A stretch of DNA of 63,346 nt, filler included, from Welwitschia mirabilis (GCA_051453625.1; 7 parts of one record of this genome joined end to end with filler, not necessarily neighbours in it); one strand, 5' to 3'. Counted from the first letter of the whole stretch, positions 12,250-27,300 are shown. The notes: generated by a model not told the origin, from the sequence alone. A program made the numbers and translations.

Positions 12250-15182
12250 TGTATTAAACAACTAATATCTATTATTTATTTGAAAAAGGGAATATATTTA
12301 AAGAGAGATTTGTATGAGTTTATAAACATTTTTTTTCTTATCTCAATGATTGAGGCATGTGTTATCAGTTGTCCCTTCTTGACCTTTAACATTAGAGTTT
12401 ATGTTTAATAATTTTCTATTACTAAAGCTTCCCAAATCATAAAGCTTCATTAACATTTTGATTTATCTATTTAATCACTTGAAACGCTTTACATTGAAGT
12501 TCTATAGAAAACTAGCATGTTTATCTAAAAATATTTTTATAGATAACATGCCAACAAAGGTTTTATAAGCAATTAAATAGACCTAAATGCCATCATAAAG
12601 GGGAAGAAACCCATATTTTCTATTATACTTCACCATCTTCTATGGAATTATTTTTAATTCTTAGTTTGTAACTTCTACTTAACACCTAATTTATGGGTGA
12701 TAGAAAGTTGTAACTTTGTGAATACTTCCACATTTTTGCATAAGATTATTTATTATTCTATTACTAGATGAGTTCTTCCATTAATAATCATGGCTTTAGG
12801 ATGGCCAAATATGAATAAAATGTGTTAAATTTGTTTAATAATCCAACAACTATTTTAGTATCATCTATTTGATTAGGATAGCTTCACAATACTAAGTGAT
12901 ATAGTCAACAAAAACCAATATGTCTAAGTACTTAAAACATAAAGGAAATAATTCCATGAAATTTATATCTAAAACATCAAGTAATTTAATCTCAAGAATG
13001 AAAGAAATTAACATTAGGTCTCTATTTCTAATGTCACCCAAACATTAATAGTTCTAATAATATTTTCAATGGTCATAGGAATATTTAAAAAGAGTTGACT
13101 AATAGAGTGCAAATTAAGAGATTTTATGACAAGTATTTTGGATAGAAGAGTAACTCCAGAGACTTCATAATGCATGAATTTTAAGACTTTCAAGATTTTA
13201 AATTATGGAATGTAGTAACAAATGATTTAATTAGTCTATCATTTAAATAGATACAAATCATTTTAAAAGTATTTATTTAATTCATACACAAATTTATTTT
13301 ATCTCAAATATTTAAACGATTAGGTAAATTATGGGTGATAACATAACCAACTGTGTTAGTAGACTGAGATTCCTCTTGTAAATTTAGAACAAATTTCATC
13401 AAGAAGTGTATCATTTATAGGCATTGAGTCTATGATAGAAGGTGATAAGAATTCAATATGAGATAAATAACTAACAATTACATTTTATACTCTTTTTCAT
13501 CTTTTATTTTAGAATTAAAATATTGTAAAAACAAGATCTACTCAGTGAACTAGCTTTAAATTATTTTTATCCAACAATTATTTAAGTGTAGAGGAATTAA
13601 TAATGATAGTGGTTTTTTCAACTATGAGGCATTTTAAAGTCATCTTAACATTTAACGGACCAATTAAGGGATGCATTTTTAGTGAGAAGATTAGTTAATG
13701 ATTTTGAAATTCTAGGGAAATCTTGAATAAATCTCCTATAGTATCTAACATGTATAAGAAAATATCTAATGTCTTTAAGATCTATAGAAAAGGAAAATGA
13801 ATGAAAAATTAAATCTTAGTTGCATTTCTATCCCATTCTTAGAAATTACATGTGTTATAATAACATGTTTAGTAACCATAAATTAACATTTTCTTAATTA
13901 AGAATAAGATTTTTGTCATCAAAATGTGCAACAATGGGTTTTAAATAATGTAAAAAAGATAAAAGAGTAATCAAATATTAAGAAATCATCATAAAAATTT
14001 CTATCCTCAATCATATCAAAGAACATACTCATCATGTACCATTGAAAGGCATTCAAGGGATTTCATAAAGTAAAGAATACTTATTCATAATTATATACTC
14101 TAAGTAAACATTCGAGAGCCATATTTTCTTAATTTCTAGGGGTAATTTGTATTACTTATATCTTGAATATACATTTAAAATTAATGTTTCAAAAATATGA
14201 TCTATAAAGAATAAATGGAACTAGTCCAAATGAGTTAGGGTATTGAGTTTTCTAAAGTCAATGCAAATTTTCCATTCTACTTTTACTAAAGTTTGAATTA
14301 ACTCATTATTTTCATCCTTAACTATAATAATTCTAAACTTCTTAGGTACATTAGCATAAAATTACTCATTAACTATTAAAATTGAAGCATTTAGTAGTAT
14401 GAGGGCTTCTTTTATCACTACGTTTTACATATGATCTCTACTAGACTTAGCATTTTTCTTGAAATGAATTATATGCCTATATTTCATGAAACTAATATAT
14501 TTTAAAAAAAAATAAATCCACCCTATAACTTTTTAATGTTATTTAAGCATATTAATTGAGCATTCTTTTTAAGCAATTCATAATTTTACAAAAACAACTC
14601 TAACATAGGAATTATTATATTCTTAAAACTTGAGGTATTTAAGAAGATATTTAAGTTTAACATCAAAGATGTTCTCTTTTTTAGAAGGTTATTTTTGTGA
14701 TTCAGATGATAAGGATTTAAATTTATCTTTCCATTTTGATGGCTTATGATTAAGATTCTTATTATCATAAGTACTAATTCTTTATAAGATTCACATAGTT
14801 GATGACATCTTAGGGATGAAAAATGCTTGAAATTTCCATCTTCATAAAATTAAGTTAAATAAATATATTATATTTTATTCATATAGTTTTTTTTCATGGT
14901 GTTGAAAACTTACAATTTTGTATTCATATCTTCAAATGATATTTTTACTAATCCATTTCTATAATTATGTTATCTTATATCTTGAAAACTATAAAGTTAA
15001 CTAGGTAGTAAAATTTGTTAACTTGCACTAGGACATCTTCTAGTATTTCCTTAGGGATTTTAGTTAAGTAGTCTACAAATTGCAAAGTCATTCTAGTTTT
15101 CTCTTTCCTTATGATCTAAGCTCTTTACATAATGTATATGACATTAAATTCATACTAGTTCTCAAGTTTAATTAGGATTTAT
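12250..15182 (-). pseudogene. Athila-type Ty3 pol remnant (protease, RT, partly deleted RNase H, integrase)
   Basis: Minus-strand translations: protease MTLQFVD...ILEDVLVQVNKFYYLVNFIV (~14990-15090); RT ...HVIITHVISKNGIE (~13830-13890) and KDIRYFLIHVRYYRRFIQDFPRISKSLTNLL (13680-13775); post-RH PINDTLLDE (~13400); integrase FMELFP (for FMGPFP, ~12950), FGHPKAMI and AYKTFVGM (~12550). Many stops. Confidence 0.85.
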
Positions 15183-18100
15183 TTTTAAGATACCAAATTT
15201 TATATGTTTGATGGAGTATTTTGAGTTCTTTTGGAGGACATTTAGATAGGTGTAGATGGAATTATAATGATAATGAAGGATTGATAAGATGATTATTAAA
15301 ACATGAAATTATTAGCATATTTGGAGGCATTTCAAGTAGATTTTGATACTTAGCATTTTGAGGAGAAGGCAATGATTTAGAAGATTGATTTATCTTAGTT
15401 AGAGAGATCAAGAAGCCTATCATTCCATCTATCATGATAGTGGTGCTGATATGGGTTAAGGATATGAGGCTAACTAGGGGGTTGAAAGTTGATGAATCAT
15501 ATCTAATTGTGAGGTATCATTCTTAATGTTATCTAAATGATAGTTAAGGTAATAAATATTTTACATAAACAAAAAGGCTTATCTTTGTAATGAGATCATG
15601 TGCCCTATGTGGGTTACCAGGATTTCATCTCTGAACTTTAGGGTTTTATTTTTAGAAAATTTAATGTAAATCTATAAATACTCCCTTATCCATACTTCCA
15701 AATTCATCTTATTAGATTGAAAAGTCTTGTGATGGGAGATCAAAGGACAAGAGATCCATCTTATACTACAGATAATAGTCTTCCTTAGTGTTAGGCTGTG
15801 AATCCTCCATTGAGGTACTACTATTAGATTATGTTTTATCAATTGATATCAAACTAATATTTTTTATAGAGCAAATTTTGTGTATCTTGTGTAGAAGATG
15901 TTAAATTACTTGCAAGTTAAAATATGGAACTGAAATTATCAACTTTTGAGTACTAGAAATCTATCATTTCTTTCATCCTCTTGATGGGGTTAACCGGAAT
16001 TATAACTTGAGAACCAGTGTCCCTGAACCGAATGGCAAAGGGTCAACTTGACCTTTATGGATTCAACCGGATTTGAGAACCTGATAAATAGTATCCCTAG
16101 ACTAAATGGTAAGGGTTTGATCAGACTTATGATGGGATCAACTGGACCTGAGCACTGTGCAGCTAGTACACCTGAGCTAATCGTCATGTAATCGACTAGA
16201 CACCTAAAGGGGTCAACTAGACTTAATGCAGAAAATTGGAAAGAATTATTATCAGAAGAACATGCAACTGGATAATTAGTAAGAGGCTAGACTAGAATTG
16301 ACCAAACCCATAATGAATCAACTAAACAGGGAGCCATAAGAAATTAGGATGATCGAATATCTCACTTAAGCAACCTATGTAACTCACGACACCATATGGG
16401 GTCAACCCGATTTTTGTGGAGTCAACTGGACAGAATGAAAATAAACTTTTATAAACATTATGTATTCATTATGTAGCTGTTAGATAGTTGTTTTCTAGCT
16501 ATTTATAGTTATTAGAAGAGATTTTAAAATGTAATAAATCCTAAAATCCTTCTAATATAAATAGCTAAGACATAGATAACTAAAGAATCTTTCTGGAACT
16601 ATCTTCATTTTTGTGAATCTATTAGATTTGAAAGATTGAGCATTATAATATTGTGACTTTCACTATTGTATCTTTTTGACCAAAGAAAATCTACTATTAT
16701 TATTATCATTACATTTAAGGTCAGATCAAAAGTTTAATTAGATTTATATCTATAAAATAAGAGCTTCATCAAATCTATTGAATCAAGAACGAGTGATATC
16801 CCTACTCAAAGACATCATTACAATACTACCTTTCATTGTGAAAGATTACAAGTGAACCTGGAATACCCGATGAAGTAACAAAAATCTGAGATCTAGCTTG
16901 GGAATAAGCTAATCATTGAGAGTGGAGTAGGGGATTCCTTGAACCACAATAAATTCTACTTACATCAAATTAGTATTTTTATGCCTTTATTATTTGTGTC
17001 TTTGCTTCCATTATTTTTCATATATCATGAACATTTAGATTAGTTCATTATTGTATATGCAAGTTTTATTTTAAAATTAAATTCATTTATAATATTGGGT
17101 TGGATTTTTTTTTTTAGAACCCATTCACCCTCTTTTAGAATTCTCCATCCTATTAAACTAGACCTATTACGGGGTTGACTAGAGTTGAGCACTGTGTAGC
17201 TAATACTTCTAAGCTGATAATCATTGGATCAACTAGATATCTAAAGGAATTGACTGGATCTAATGTTAAAAATTAAAAAGATCTTTATCAAGATTAGTAA
17301 GTGACTAAATTTTATAGCAAAAAACTGGACTGGGGTCAACCAGACCCATATGGGTAGATCAAACATGAAGTTATAAAAAATTGGGGTGAGTGAAATTTTC
17401 ACTTGCATAACCTCTATAAGTTACAATACCAGATGGGATTAACCAGACTTTTGAGAAGTTGACTAGATGGAATGGAATTAAAATTTTCTATCCACTATGT
17501 ATTTATTATTTATTTGTTAGATAGCTATTCTCTAGTCATTTATAGCATTGGAAGAAAATTTTCAAATTTAATAAACCCTAAAAACCCTATAATATAAATA
17601 GCTAAAAATAGATGATTATAGAATCCTTTAGAATCTTTTTCAATTGTGTTAATTTTCTAGATCTAAGGAACTAGTACTGTAATCTTGTAATATTCACTAT
17701 TGAGTCTCAGCATTTGTACTTCTGACCAAGGAAGATCTGTTATCTATATTATCTCCACATTCAAGGTTAGATCAAGTGCTTTATTTATTGTGCATCTATA
17801 GGAGAAGAGCTCTAACAAATCTACTATATCAAGAAAGAGTGATATCCATGTATATTAGCATCATTGCATCATTATTTTACATTGTGAAAGTTTGATACTA
17901 AGCCTTGAAAAGTCTGTTTAAAGATTAAAACTAATCCTATAAAAGTCCATTTAAAAGTTGAGATTAAGCTTAAAAAATTTTGTTTGTAAAGGTTATAGAT
18001 GAACTTGGAAAACCTGGTGGAGTAATGAAGATTTAGATCAAGCTTGGTGATAAGCTAATCATCGAGAGTAAAGTAGTGATTTTTTGAATCATTATAAATC

Positions 18101-18359
18101 ATATGTACATCCATTTGGTATTTTTGTGCTTTAATTAGTTCATTTTCTTACTTCTATTAAATTTTCTTTTCATGCAAGTTTTAAATTGATACATTATTCT
18201 ATGCAAGTTTTTAATATATCTTTGATTCGTTTAAAATACTTTGTTGTAATTTTCTTTAAGAACCTATTCACCCCCTTATAGGATTCTCAATCCTATTAAT
18301 GGATATCAGAGCTAAGTTAAGTCTTATTTACATTTTGATCGATCTAGACTTTAGATCTC

Positions 18360-19320
18360 TAAAATCAGTAATTCATCTAATGGTTTTTCCACTAGTCGTT
18401 CACTCATCTTTAATGGGTTAAACCATGCTTACTAGAAAGCTAGAATAAGAATATTTCTTATTTTCTAGACACTGATATAGAGTAAGTCATTTATAAAGGT
18501 TATACTATGACTATGTCAACTCAAACAAATGCTAATGATAATACTATCTTAGTTCCCCAAACCCAAGATCAATGGACCTCCACTGATAAGTCAAAAGTCA
18601 TCATAGATTTCTGTACTCTTAATTCCATATTTTGTATACTTTGTGTAGATGAGTTTAAGCATATAGTAATCTATAATCATGTTTAATAATCTTGGGACAT
18701 TCTTCAAGTAGCACATAAATGAACCTTAACTATAAAGCAAGTAAAACTTCAAATGCTTATTTTAAAATTTGAAGACATTCATATAGATGAAGAGGAGACC
18801 TTGTAGGAAATCTTTACTAGACTCACTGATAAACTATATAAGAAGCTTTGGAGATCACTTGGATGAAGGAAAGGTAGTAAGAAAAGTTTTGAGATCCCTA
18901 CATAAGAGATTTGAACCAAAGATCACAACCATCAAGAAGAGTAAAAATATAAATGCAATGGCACTAGAAGAACTACAAGGCAATTTGCAAACTTTAAACT
19001 TAAATTTGTTAAAGATAAAAAAAAGGTATTACTTTAAAATGTATGCAGGAAGACTATAGATATAAAAGATCAGATGAGGATTCAAACGATGATGAAGTGG
19101 TTCTTCTAGCTAGAAGGTTCAAGAAATTTTTACATAGGAATAAAAAGGAAATAGAATCAAGTAAGAAATCAATAAGAAATCATCTGAAACACAAAAAGGA
19201 ACAAGAAAAAGGTAAAAAAATACAATGCTACTCATGCAAAGGATGTGATCATATAGTAAATAATGTTCCAACATAAGAAGAGATAACAAGAAAACAAAGA
19301 ATTCATTTATTACCATATGA
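18360..19320 (+). pseudogene. Sirevirus-type gag remnant
   Basis: FSTSRSLIFNGLNHAY*KARIRIFL at the N-terminus; UBN2-like KVVRKVLRSLHKRFEPKITTI...LEELQGNLQT (ORF 18787); LLARRFKKFL and a decayed knuckle IQCYSCKGCDHI (ORF 19043). Confidence 0.9.
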
Positions 19321-21189
19321 GATAATGATAATGATGATTATGATATCTATTCATATCAAAAATCAAANNNNNNNNNNNNNNNNNNNNNNNNNNNNNNNNN
19401 NNNNNNNNNNNNNNNNNNNNNNNNNNNNNNNNNNNNNNNNNNNNNNNNNNNNNNNNNNNNNNNNNNNATCAAGAATAAGTGATATTCGTGCTCTAAAGGC
19501 ATTACTACATCACTATTATGGTTTGTGAAAGGTTGAGATTAAGGCTTAAAAATTCCATTCAAAGGTTGATACTAAGCCTAAAAAGTATGTTTGTAAAGGT
19601 TATAGGTGAACCTAGAATACTTGGTGGAGTAATGAAGATCCAAGATCTAGCTTGGGGATAAGCTAATCATTGAGAGTGGAGTAGGGGGTTTTCCAAATCA
19701 CTATAAATCCAGCCTACATCCAAATGGTATTTTTGTGCTTTCAGTCATTATTTCTTTATTTATATTATTTTCTTGTATCATGTACATTTTATTTTAGTTT
19801 ATTATTATATGAAAGTTTTGTTTNNNNNNNNNNNNNNNNNNNNNNNNNNNNNNNNNNNNNNNNNNNNNNNNNNNNNNNNNNNNNNNNNNNNNNNNNNNNN
19901 NNNNNNNNNNNNNNNNNNNNNNNNNNNNNNNNNNNNNNNNNNNNNNNNNNNNNNNNNNNNNNNNNNNNNNNNNNNNNNNNNNNNNNNNNNNNNNNNNNNN
20001 NNNNNNNNNNNNNNNNNNNNNNNNNNNNNNNNNNNNNNNNNNNNNNNNNNNNNNNNNNNNNNNNNNNNNNNNNNNNNNNNNNNNNNNNNNNNNNNNNNNN
20101 NNNNNNNNNNNNNNNNNNNNNNNNNNNNNNNNNNNNNNNNNNNNNNNNNNNNNNNNNNNNNNNNNNNNNNNNNNNNNNNNNNNNNNNNNNNNNNNNNNNN
20201 ATTTTTGTTTAAATATTATATTTATTTTTAATTTTATGCTAGAATTTTTTAAAGAACCTATTCACCCCCCCTCCCCCACCCCCCCACCCCCCCCCCCCCC
20301 CCAGGATTCTTGATCTTATCATTTGGTATTAGAGAAAGGTTAAGTCTTCTCTTATATTTTCATCGATCTAGACTTTAGAACCCCATAATGATTGTTCACT
20401 TTAATGATATTTCAAATATGCCCCTTTTTGATACTTGTACTTTTATCTGTATATGTTGGATAGCATATGGATATATTTTTGAATAGATTGCAGCTAGTGG
20501 AAACTCATAGGAGTCAAGTGAAAGTGACAAAAGAAATGCTCAAAAACATTAAAAAAAGGAAACTTTCCTTTATGGAACTTATTCCTCCTTTGCAAAATAT
20601 GCCCAATACATTGGATCATAATGACTTTGATGTGGATAATGAAGAACAAGATGAGTTGGAAGACACCTACTAAGAGTTATACTAGGAATGCGAAAAGCTA
20701 GTTAAAAGGATATATAATTTGAATAAGATTATAAAATATATTACCAAGGAAAAGGAGAAAATGGAGTCAAGCCTTAAAATAATCAAATCCAATCTCATTC
20801 TATAGGTAAAAGAGTTATCTTATTTTGTTAATAAATTTTCAAGTGGATCCACCAAACTGGAACAAATGCTTGGAGTTTAAAAACTTATTGGTAGCAAGTT
20901 AGGTATTGGATTTATCTCTTAAAAATCTCAAAGATAGCAAAATCAGGTAACTAGTATTAATAAGTCCCTTTTAAATATTACTTATTATTTTTGTGAAAGA
21001 ATTGATCATTCAAAACTCATATGCAATGCTATAAAATTAATGTTAATTTCAAACTCAATTAGTACTTTTCCATTTAAGTTTATTACTAAAGGAGGTATAC
21101 CATGTAAGTTTATAAAGGCTATGTGGGTAAAATCTAATGATCTTAAAAGTTTGTTAATTTAGAGAGATTTCAAGTTTTTAAATAGCACA

Positions 21190-21394
21190 AAATGATATCT
21201 CAATAATGGATGTTCAAGACATATGGCAGGAGAATAATCCAAATTCAAGCAACTAAGCAAGTTTGATGGAGGAGAGGTGACTTTCTGGGATAATGGAAGA
21301 GTAAAAATAGAAGGGATTGGAAGAATTGGTGGAGGTAACCTTTCTAGAATTAATGAAGTTTTGTATGTAAGTGGTTTAAAGAATAATTTACTGA
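21190..21394 (+). pseudogene. Copia protease remnant
   Basis: *YLNNGCSRHMAGE*SKFKQLSKFDGGEVTFWDNGRVKIEGIG...EVLYVSGLKNNLL, cf. WYLDSGCSRHMTG...VLyV.GLk.NLLS. Confidence 0.9.
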
Positions 21395-24300
21395 NNNNNN
21401 NNNNNNNNNNNNNNNNNNNNNNNNNNNNNNNNNNNNNNTTAATTAATTAANNNNNNNNNNNNNNNNNNNNNNNNNNNNNNNNNNNNNNNNNNNNATGGTT
21501 GAACAAATTCTTTATTTAGTCAACTAGATGAGATCGATCGACTGGTTTTAAAACTCGGTTGCCTAGACATTCTATGTTATTTAGCTTTTCCAGCAAAAGT
21601 GTAGAATAGAAACTTTGTTATCTAATTTTGTTTTATCAATAATCATTTTATTCTCTTCTTTAACATTGATATTAAAAGGGGAACAATTAGTTGTATTTTT
21701 ATTTGTTAAATGTTTAAATATTTTTTTTATATTGCACAAAATTGTGTTTCATTTGATATCTCAAATGTATTTATGTATAATTAGTTATTTGTTAGTTTAT
21801 TAAATGTTTAAATGTTTGCTTATATTGCACAAAATCATGTTTCATTTGTTATCTCAAATTTATTTATGCCTTTCTAAATAATATATGCTAAATATATCTT
21901 TATTTTAGTATTTTATGTGCTTAACTTTAAAAGTTTAAAGTATTTTAACATTGAAAATAAATTATAATTTGTGATATCTGATTCAATATTAAATAAGTTT
22001 ATATGATTACATTATGTTTATGATAAAGTTGTACCTTTTAAACTTTTAAATGTACATATTAAATTGTCTCCTTTGAAGCACAAAATTTGTTTATTTAAAA
22101 TACCTTAACTTGTTTCAGAAGGAATATTATTTTGTAAATAGCCATTTCGTAAGAGAGAGCTTTTTCAAAAAGTTTAATTTTTCACAACTAATTATTGTTT
22201 ACCATCAATTTTAAATGGGGAGATTACTGGATTATGTTTTATCAATTGATGTTAAACTAATGTTTTCTATATAGAAAATTTTATGTATCTTATGCAGAAG
22301 ATGTTAAATTACTTGTAGGTCAAAAAATGAAACTGAAATCATCAACTTCTGAGTACTAGAAACCTATCAGTTATTTTACCCTCTTGATGGATTTGGCGAG
22401 ACCTATAACCTTGAGAACCGGTGTCCCTGAACCGAATGATAAGGAGTTGACCAGATTTGAGAACATGATAAATAATATCCCTAGACTGAATGATAAGGAG
22501 TTGACTGGACCTGAGCACTATGCAGCTGGTATGCTTGAGTTAATCATTATGGGGTTAACTAGACATCTGAAGGGGTCGATCAGATTAAATAAAGAAAACT
22601 AGAACTAACCAGATAATTAGTGGGCGACTAGAATGGGGTTAATTGGACCTAGATGGGTTGACCAACTAGGAAACCATAAGAAATTAAGATGACAAAGTTC
22701 TCACTTGAGTGACCTATGTAACTCACAACATCATATGGGATCAACCGGATTTTTGTGAGGTTGACTTAATGGAACGGAAGTAAAACTTTCTAAATGTTAT
22801 GTATTCATTATGTAATCATTAGGTAGCTGTTTTCTAACTGTCTATAGCTATTGGAAGCGCATTTCAAATATAATAAATCCTAAAAGCCTTCTAACATAAA
22901 TAAATAAGACATAGATGATTAAAAAATCTTTTTGAAAATATATTGATTTGGGTAAATGTATTGGATCTGAAGGATCAAGCATTATATTTAGGTGACCTTC
23001 ACTGTTGTATTTTGGCATTTATATTTCTGACCAAAGAAGATATTTTATTTACATCATCTCTACATTTAAGGTCAGATCAAGAGCTTCATTTGTTCTACAT
23101 CTATAGGAGAAGAGCTTGATTACATCTACTAAATAAAAAATGAGTAATATTCATGCTCTAAAGGCACCACCACATCACTGTTGTGCTTTGTGAAAGGTTG
23201 AGACTAAGCCTTGAAAAGTCCATTCAAAAGTTGAAACTAAGTCTAAAAAGTTCATTTATAAAGGTTACAAGTGAAACTAGAATACTTGGTAGAGTAACAA
23301 AGATCTGAGATCTAGCTTCGGGATAAGCTAATCTTCGAGAGTGGAGTAAATGGTTTTTCAAACCACTATAAATTCGACTTGCATCCAATTGGTATTTTTG
23401 TTCTTTCAATCATTGTTTCTTTACTTCCATTATTTTCTTATATCATTCACATTTCAGATTAGTTCATTATTGTATGTAATTTTTATTTAAAGATTGGATT
23501 CATTTACAATATTATGCTGGAATTTTTTTAAAAACATCTTCACCCCTCCTTTAGGATTCTCAATCCTATTAGCTACTACTTTCTAAGTGGATGTTGATTC
23601 TAGATTAATAAAATATTTCTTTTCTCCTATTATGTACATCTCACTTATGGTTTATATTGATTATGAGTCAGTGATATTTTAATAGGTGATCTAGATCATA
23701 AGGAAAATCTTTATTAAGGTTGTGATTTTTAGTTTAGCACTTGTGTCCTATTTCAAATTGCATTTCCATCACGTAGTCTTTATATTTATCTAGATTGTGT
23801 TTGATGTATCTTATAGCTTATGTTGGTTAGAGTTAAGTAATAGTTTTCTTAATTGATCTAAGTTATAAGGGTTAATCGTAATGATAGATAAATTAATAGT
23901 TAAATAGATTCATTACTTAAGTTATTTTATTTGCATTTTATCTATAAGTATTGCATTTGCATTCATCTTGCATTATATTTCTACATTTCTGCATTGTTTC
24001 TTACTTCCATTTACCTAAAGCAAAAAGACTAAATATACTTTATCAAAATTAATTCTGTAAATATAATCTAGTTCCTTCAATGGCTTATGACATTCAAGTT
24101 AACTCTTGTGATTTACAAAATCTAATTAATGACTTAAATATTGCATAAATTTACTTCATAACATTTTAACACCATTGCTAGAAAAGGCCATAAGAAGTTG
24201 GAGGATTATTATTATCCCCATAAGTACCTTGAATTTTGATTTAAGTTATTTATTTAAATAGTGTTGTATTTCTACTCTAGATTTCATAGGTCTATTTTCT

Positions 24301-27300
24301 ACAATTTTTGTTTTTTAATAGCACTAATAAGCCCTGTTATTCTCTTTGTTGTCTAGACAATAGGATAGATAATAGTCTATAATTAGGATTTTCCCCCTAT
24401 TTTTCCATAAGTTTTTTTTATTTTTTTAGTAGCATATTAGAGTTAACTTTGTCCTCTTGGTCATCCAAATAACTAAACAGATGACTATCAGGTTTTTTTT
24501 CACAGTTCATTTTTTTCTTGGTTTTTATAAAATATCAATTAGTCATCTTTTATATTGGCTAGATGATGCATAAGACAATCATCATTACATATTTTTTTTA
24601 AGTGTTAAGAATCCAAACAATTCTTGTGAAAACATGAAATGCCAGATATAATAGAGCTTGATATTTACTTTGTACTTATCTTTCTTAGTATATTAATTAA
24701 CTCTTCTTGTTTCATTATTTTCATCTATTTCTATGACTAGTTATAAAAGGATCCTTTAAGAAATTATTTCAAAAAAGAGGACAAACTTAAAATTTTCAAG
24801 GAAAATGATAAAAGAACACTTTGTAAAATTTTTATAAAATGAAGGGGATAATATCAAATGATGTTGAGATTAGGAATTAGGATCCTTTCTATTTTTAACC
24901 TTTTTATTTTCCTCTTCTTATTTTTATGCTTTATACGGAAATAACAATAAAAATATGTAACATTTTAAGGATTTCATCTCATTTAGAGAAACATCCTTTA
25001 ATAAATTTAGTCAATTCCAATCATCCCCCATGAATTACTATGAAGAAGATTCATCTTCCATGAATTACTATGAGGAAGAAAATAACTCAATAAAAGAAAT
25101 GATAAATAATATAAAAAAGATGTAAGAAAATTTATAAAATCAAAACAAAAACCTAGAAATCTAATTGGAATGCTTTAGAAAACAATGTTACAAAATCAAT
25201 ATTCTTTTACAACACAACATTCTCAAAACTATCCTACTACACTCCACCTTGAGAAAAATGAAGATAACTTAGGAATAAGTGATAACAATTCTTGCTTTAG
25301 AATAGAAAATAAGATTGTGAATTAAGCTTCAATATCCCATCCATTAGGAGATGGCCAAAAGGGAAAAAACAATGACTCAACTCAATTTTTAAATAATGAG
25401 AACAAGGATGATTATTCATTAGATGGTTATATTTAGATATTAGATTATATCGATGGAATCCATTTACTATAGGAAGATCAAGATGAAATGGAGGAATCAT
25501 TTCATGAAAAATCTAATTTTTTTTTAATGTATAAGGAAGGTAATGATTACATTTATCTTTATTATCTCTTTAATAAATTTAACAATTTAAAGAATGAGAT
25601 CAATAATTAACAAGAAAAGAATGATATAGTTAAAGATAATGATGAGGAAAGTAAAGAAACAATTCAACAAAATATTGGTGAATAAAATAATGAAGAAAAG
25701 GAACATAATATAGAGATTTAGTTAAACTTCATAGAGGATAAACTTGTTCATTTCCATGCAACAAATTAACCTAAAAATTCTTTTCATATTTCTACATTTC
25801 CTTCACTTGCACTTTTATGTACAACTCCAAATTACATCCTTTCTTTTACTTCTACTTCCACATTACCTTATATCTTGATAATTGTAACAATTTTTCATCT
25901 CTTTCATTTGAACCTTCATTTAATTCTTAAAGCCACATCCCTTTTCTTAACTTTAATAAAGCTCATAATTTTAAAGAGTCTACTCCTAATATCTCTTAAT
26001 CTCTTCCTCTTAAAACTTCATTTGATACTCAAAGCAATATCCTTCCCTCTTTTATCAAATTTACTATATCTTGTATCTCTAATGATTACTCTTTTTAAAA
26101 GTATGACTTAGGATATCTTGGAACTTTAAATTGGGATAAGCCTTATATTCTTAACAATAATTGATGCTTAGAATTAAATCTTAAAGAGCTTCTTAAGCTT
26201 ATTAAACATTTTAAAATCCTTCAAAGACTTCATAGATCCATTCTTTGAGTAGTGCCTCAAATGAATTCTGTAATTATACTCATGATTTATGATGATTTAA
26301 AAAAGATTGTTTGTTAATGAAATTTATTAATTCTTCATATCTTATTTAGATTCTGAAATTTGTGCTATTAAGATTTTATCCTTTTAGTTTTTTTCCTCAA
26401 ATTGATTTTACTTCAAAATGATTGTATACATTTTATTTTTTATTAATTTGTTTCTATATAGTTTGATCTCTATTTTTCTAAAAAACATCCCAGTTCATCC
26501 TTTGCATAACTAGTTAACCTCTAAATGGTTAGGTCCTTATCTTTTTAAAAAAATTGCATTTTGTACTTGTCTTGGAATTCCTTCTACCATTGTTTAAATT
26601 ATTCATTAGCTTATACCTTTGGTAGGCATCATGATATTAACTGAACATTTTTAACTTGACTTATGTATTACTTTATGAAGTTACCATAATTAGTGATCTT
26701 TTACTTGGAAATTTCAAAGTGATAAGATTATATTTTCCCAATATTAAGATATTTTTATGTGTATAAACTTCATTTCAAAGGAAGATGCATTAGTTCTTGT
26801 ATTCTATCTTAATTGTATAAGCCTTTAGTTATTTAAGTCTATCCTCCCTTATTTCTCATCTCATTTATTTACCCTTCTTCTTAAGAGTACTTGCTCATAT
26901 GGGATTTTACTTTTACTTTAAAAAATAAAATAAAATAGATAAATAATAACCATGATATTTCATATCTAAGCTAAATACATGGTCATCATAATGTCTTACC
27001 ACACTGAGGTAAAGTTTCCTAAGAGGGACCTTTGACAGTATTAGCAGCTGTGGGAATTCTAATGGGAGGTCAGTTGACCATGCTTCATGGGTTCTTACTC
27101 CTCTCATAGTGGTTGCACTACCCTCATCATAAAAATACTTATCACTTAGAGGATATGAAATTAGTAATATTCCTGGTTTTACTAGAGGCATTACTTGTTT
27201 TCTAAACTCATTATGCATACAATACTCACACATGATCATTTTACTTTTTAGGATTCCAGTGTGTTTTAAGGTGTGAGTAGGTGAGTTTATTTCTGAGCAA

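Larger units (their letters stand above)
15822..23571 (+). mobile_element. Sirevirus (SIRE/Maximus)-type Ty1/copia complex inserted in the 5' LTR above
   Basis: TSD ACTAC (15817-15821) / GCTAC (23572-23576). LTR ends carry the ATTCACCCC..CT.TAGG motif at 17155, 18298, 20321 and 23571. Met-tRNA PBS at 18300-18312 and 20324-20334. PPT AAATGGGGAGAT at 22213-22224. LTRs 15822-17155 and 22225-23571 are colinear. Confidence 0.88.

Noticed and set aside
19724-20231. Long ORFs in the track (also 3284, 36365, 44985-45443, 52723, 57799)
   Set aside because: They are open only because they run through Ns.
20264-20302. Poly-C tract as a G-quadruplex element
   Set aside because: It is an expansion of the CCCCC in the Sirevirus LTR-end motif near a gap, and homopolymer length is unreliable.
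26990-27135. Hammerhead ribozyme on the minus strand (TGATGAG...GAAAC)
   Set aside because: The C of CUGAnGA is missing in both copies, copy 1 has GAAT, and there is no proper stem I or GUH site. Kept only as an unassigned structured-RNA candidate.
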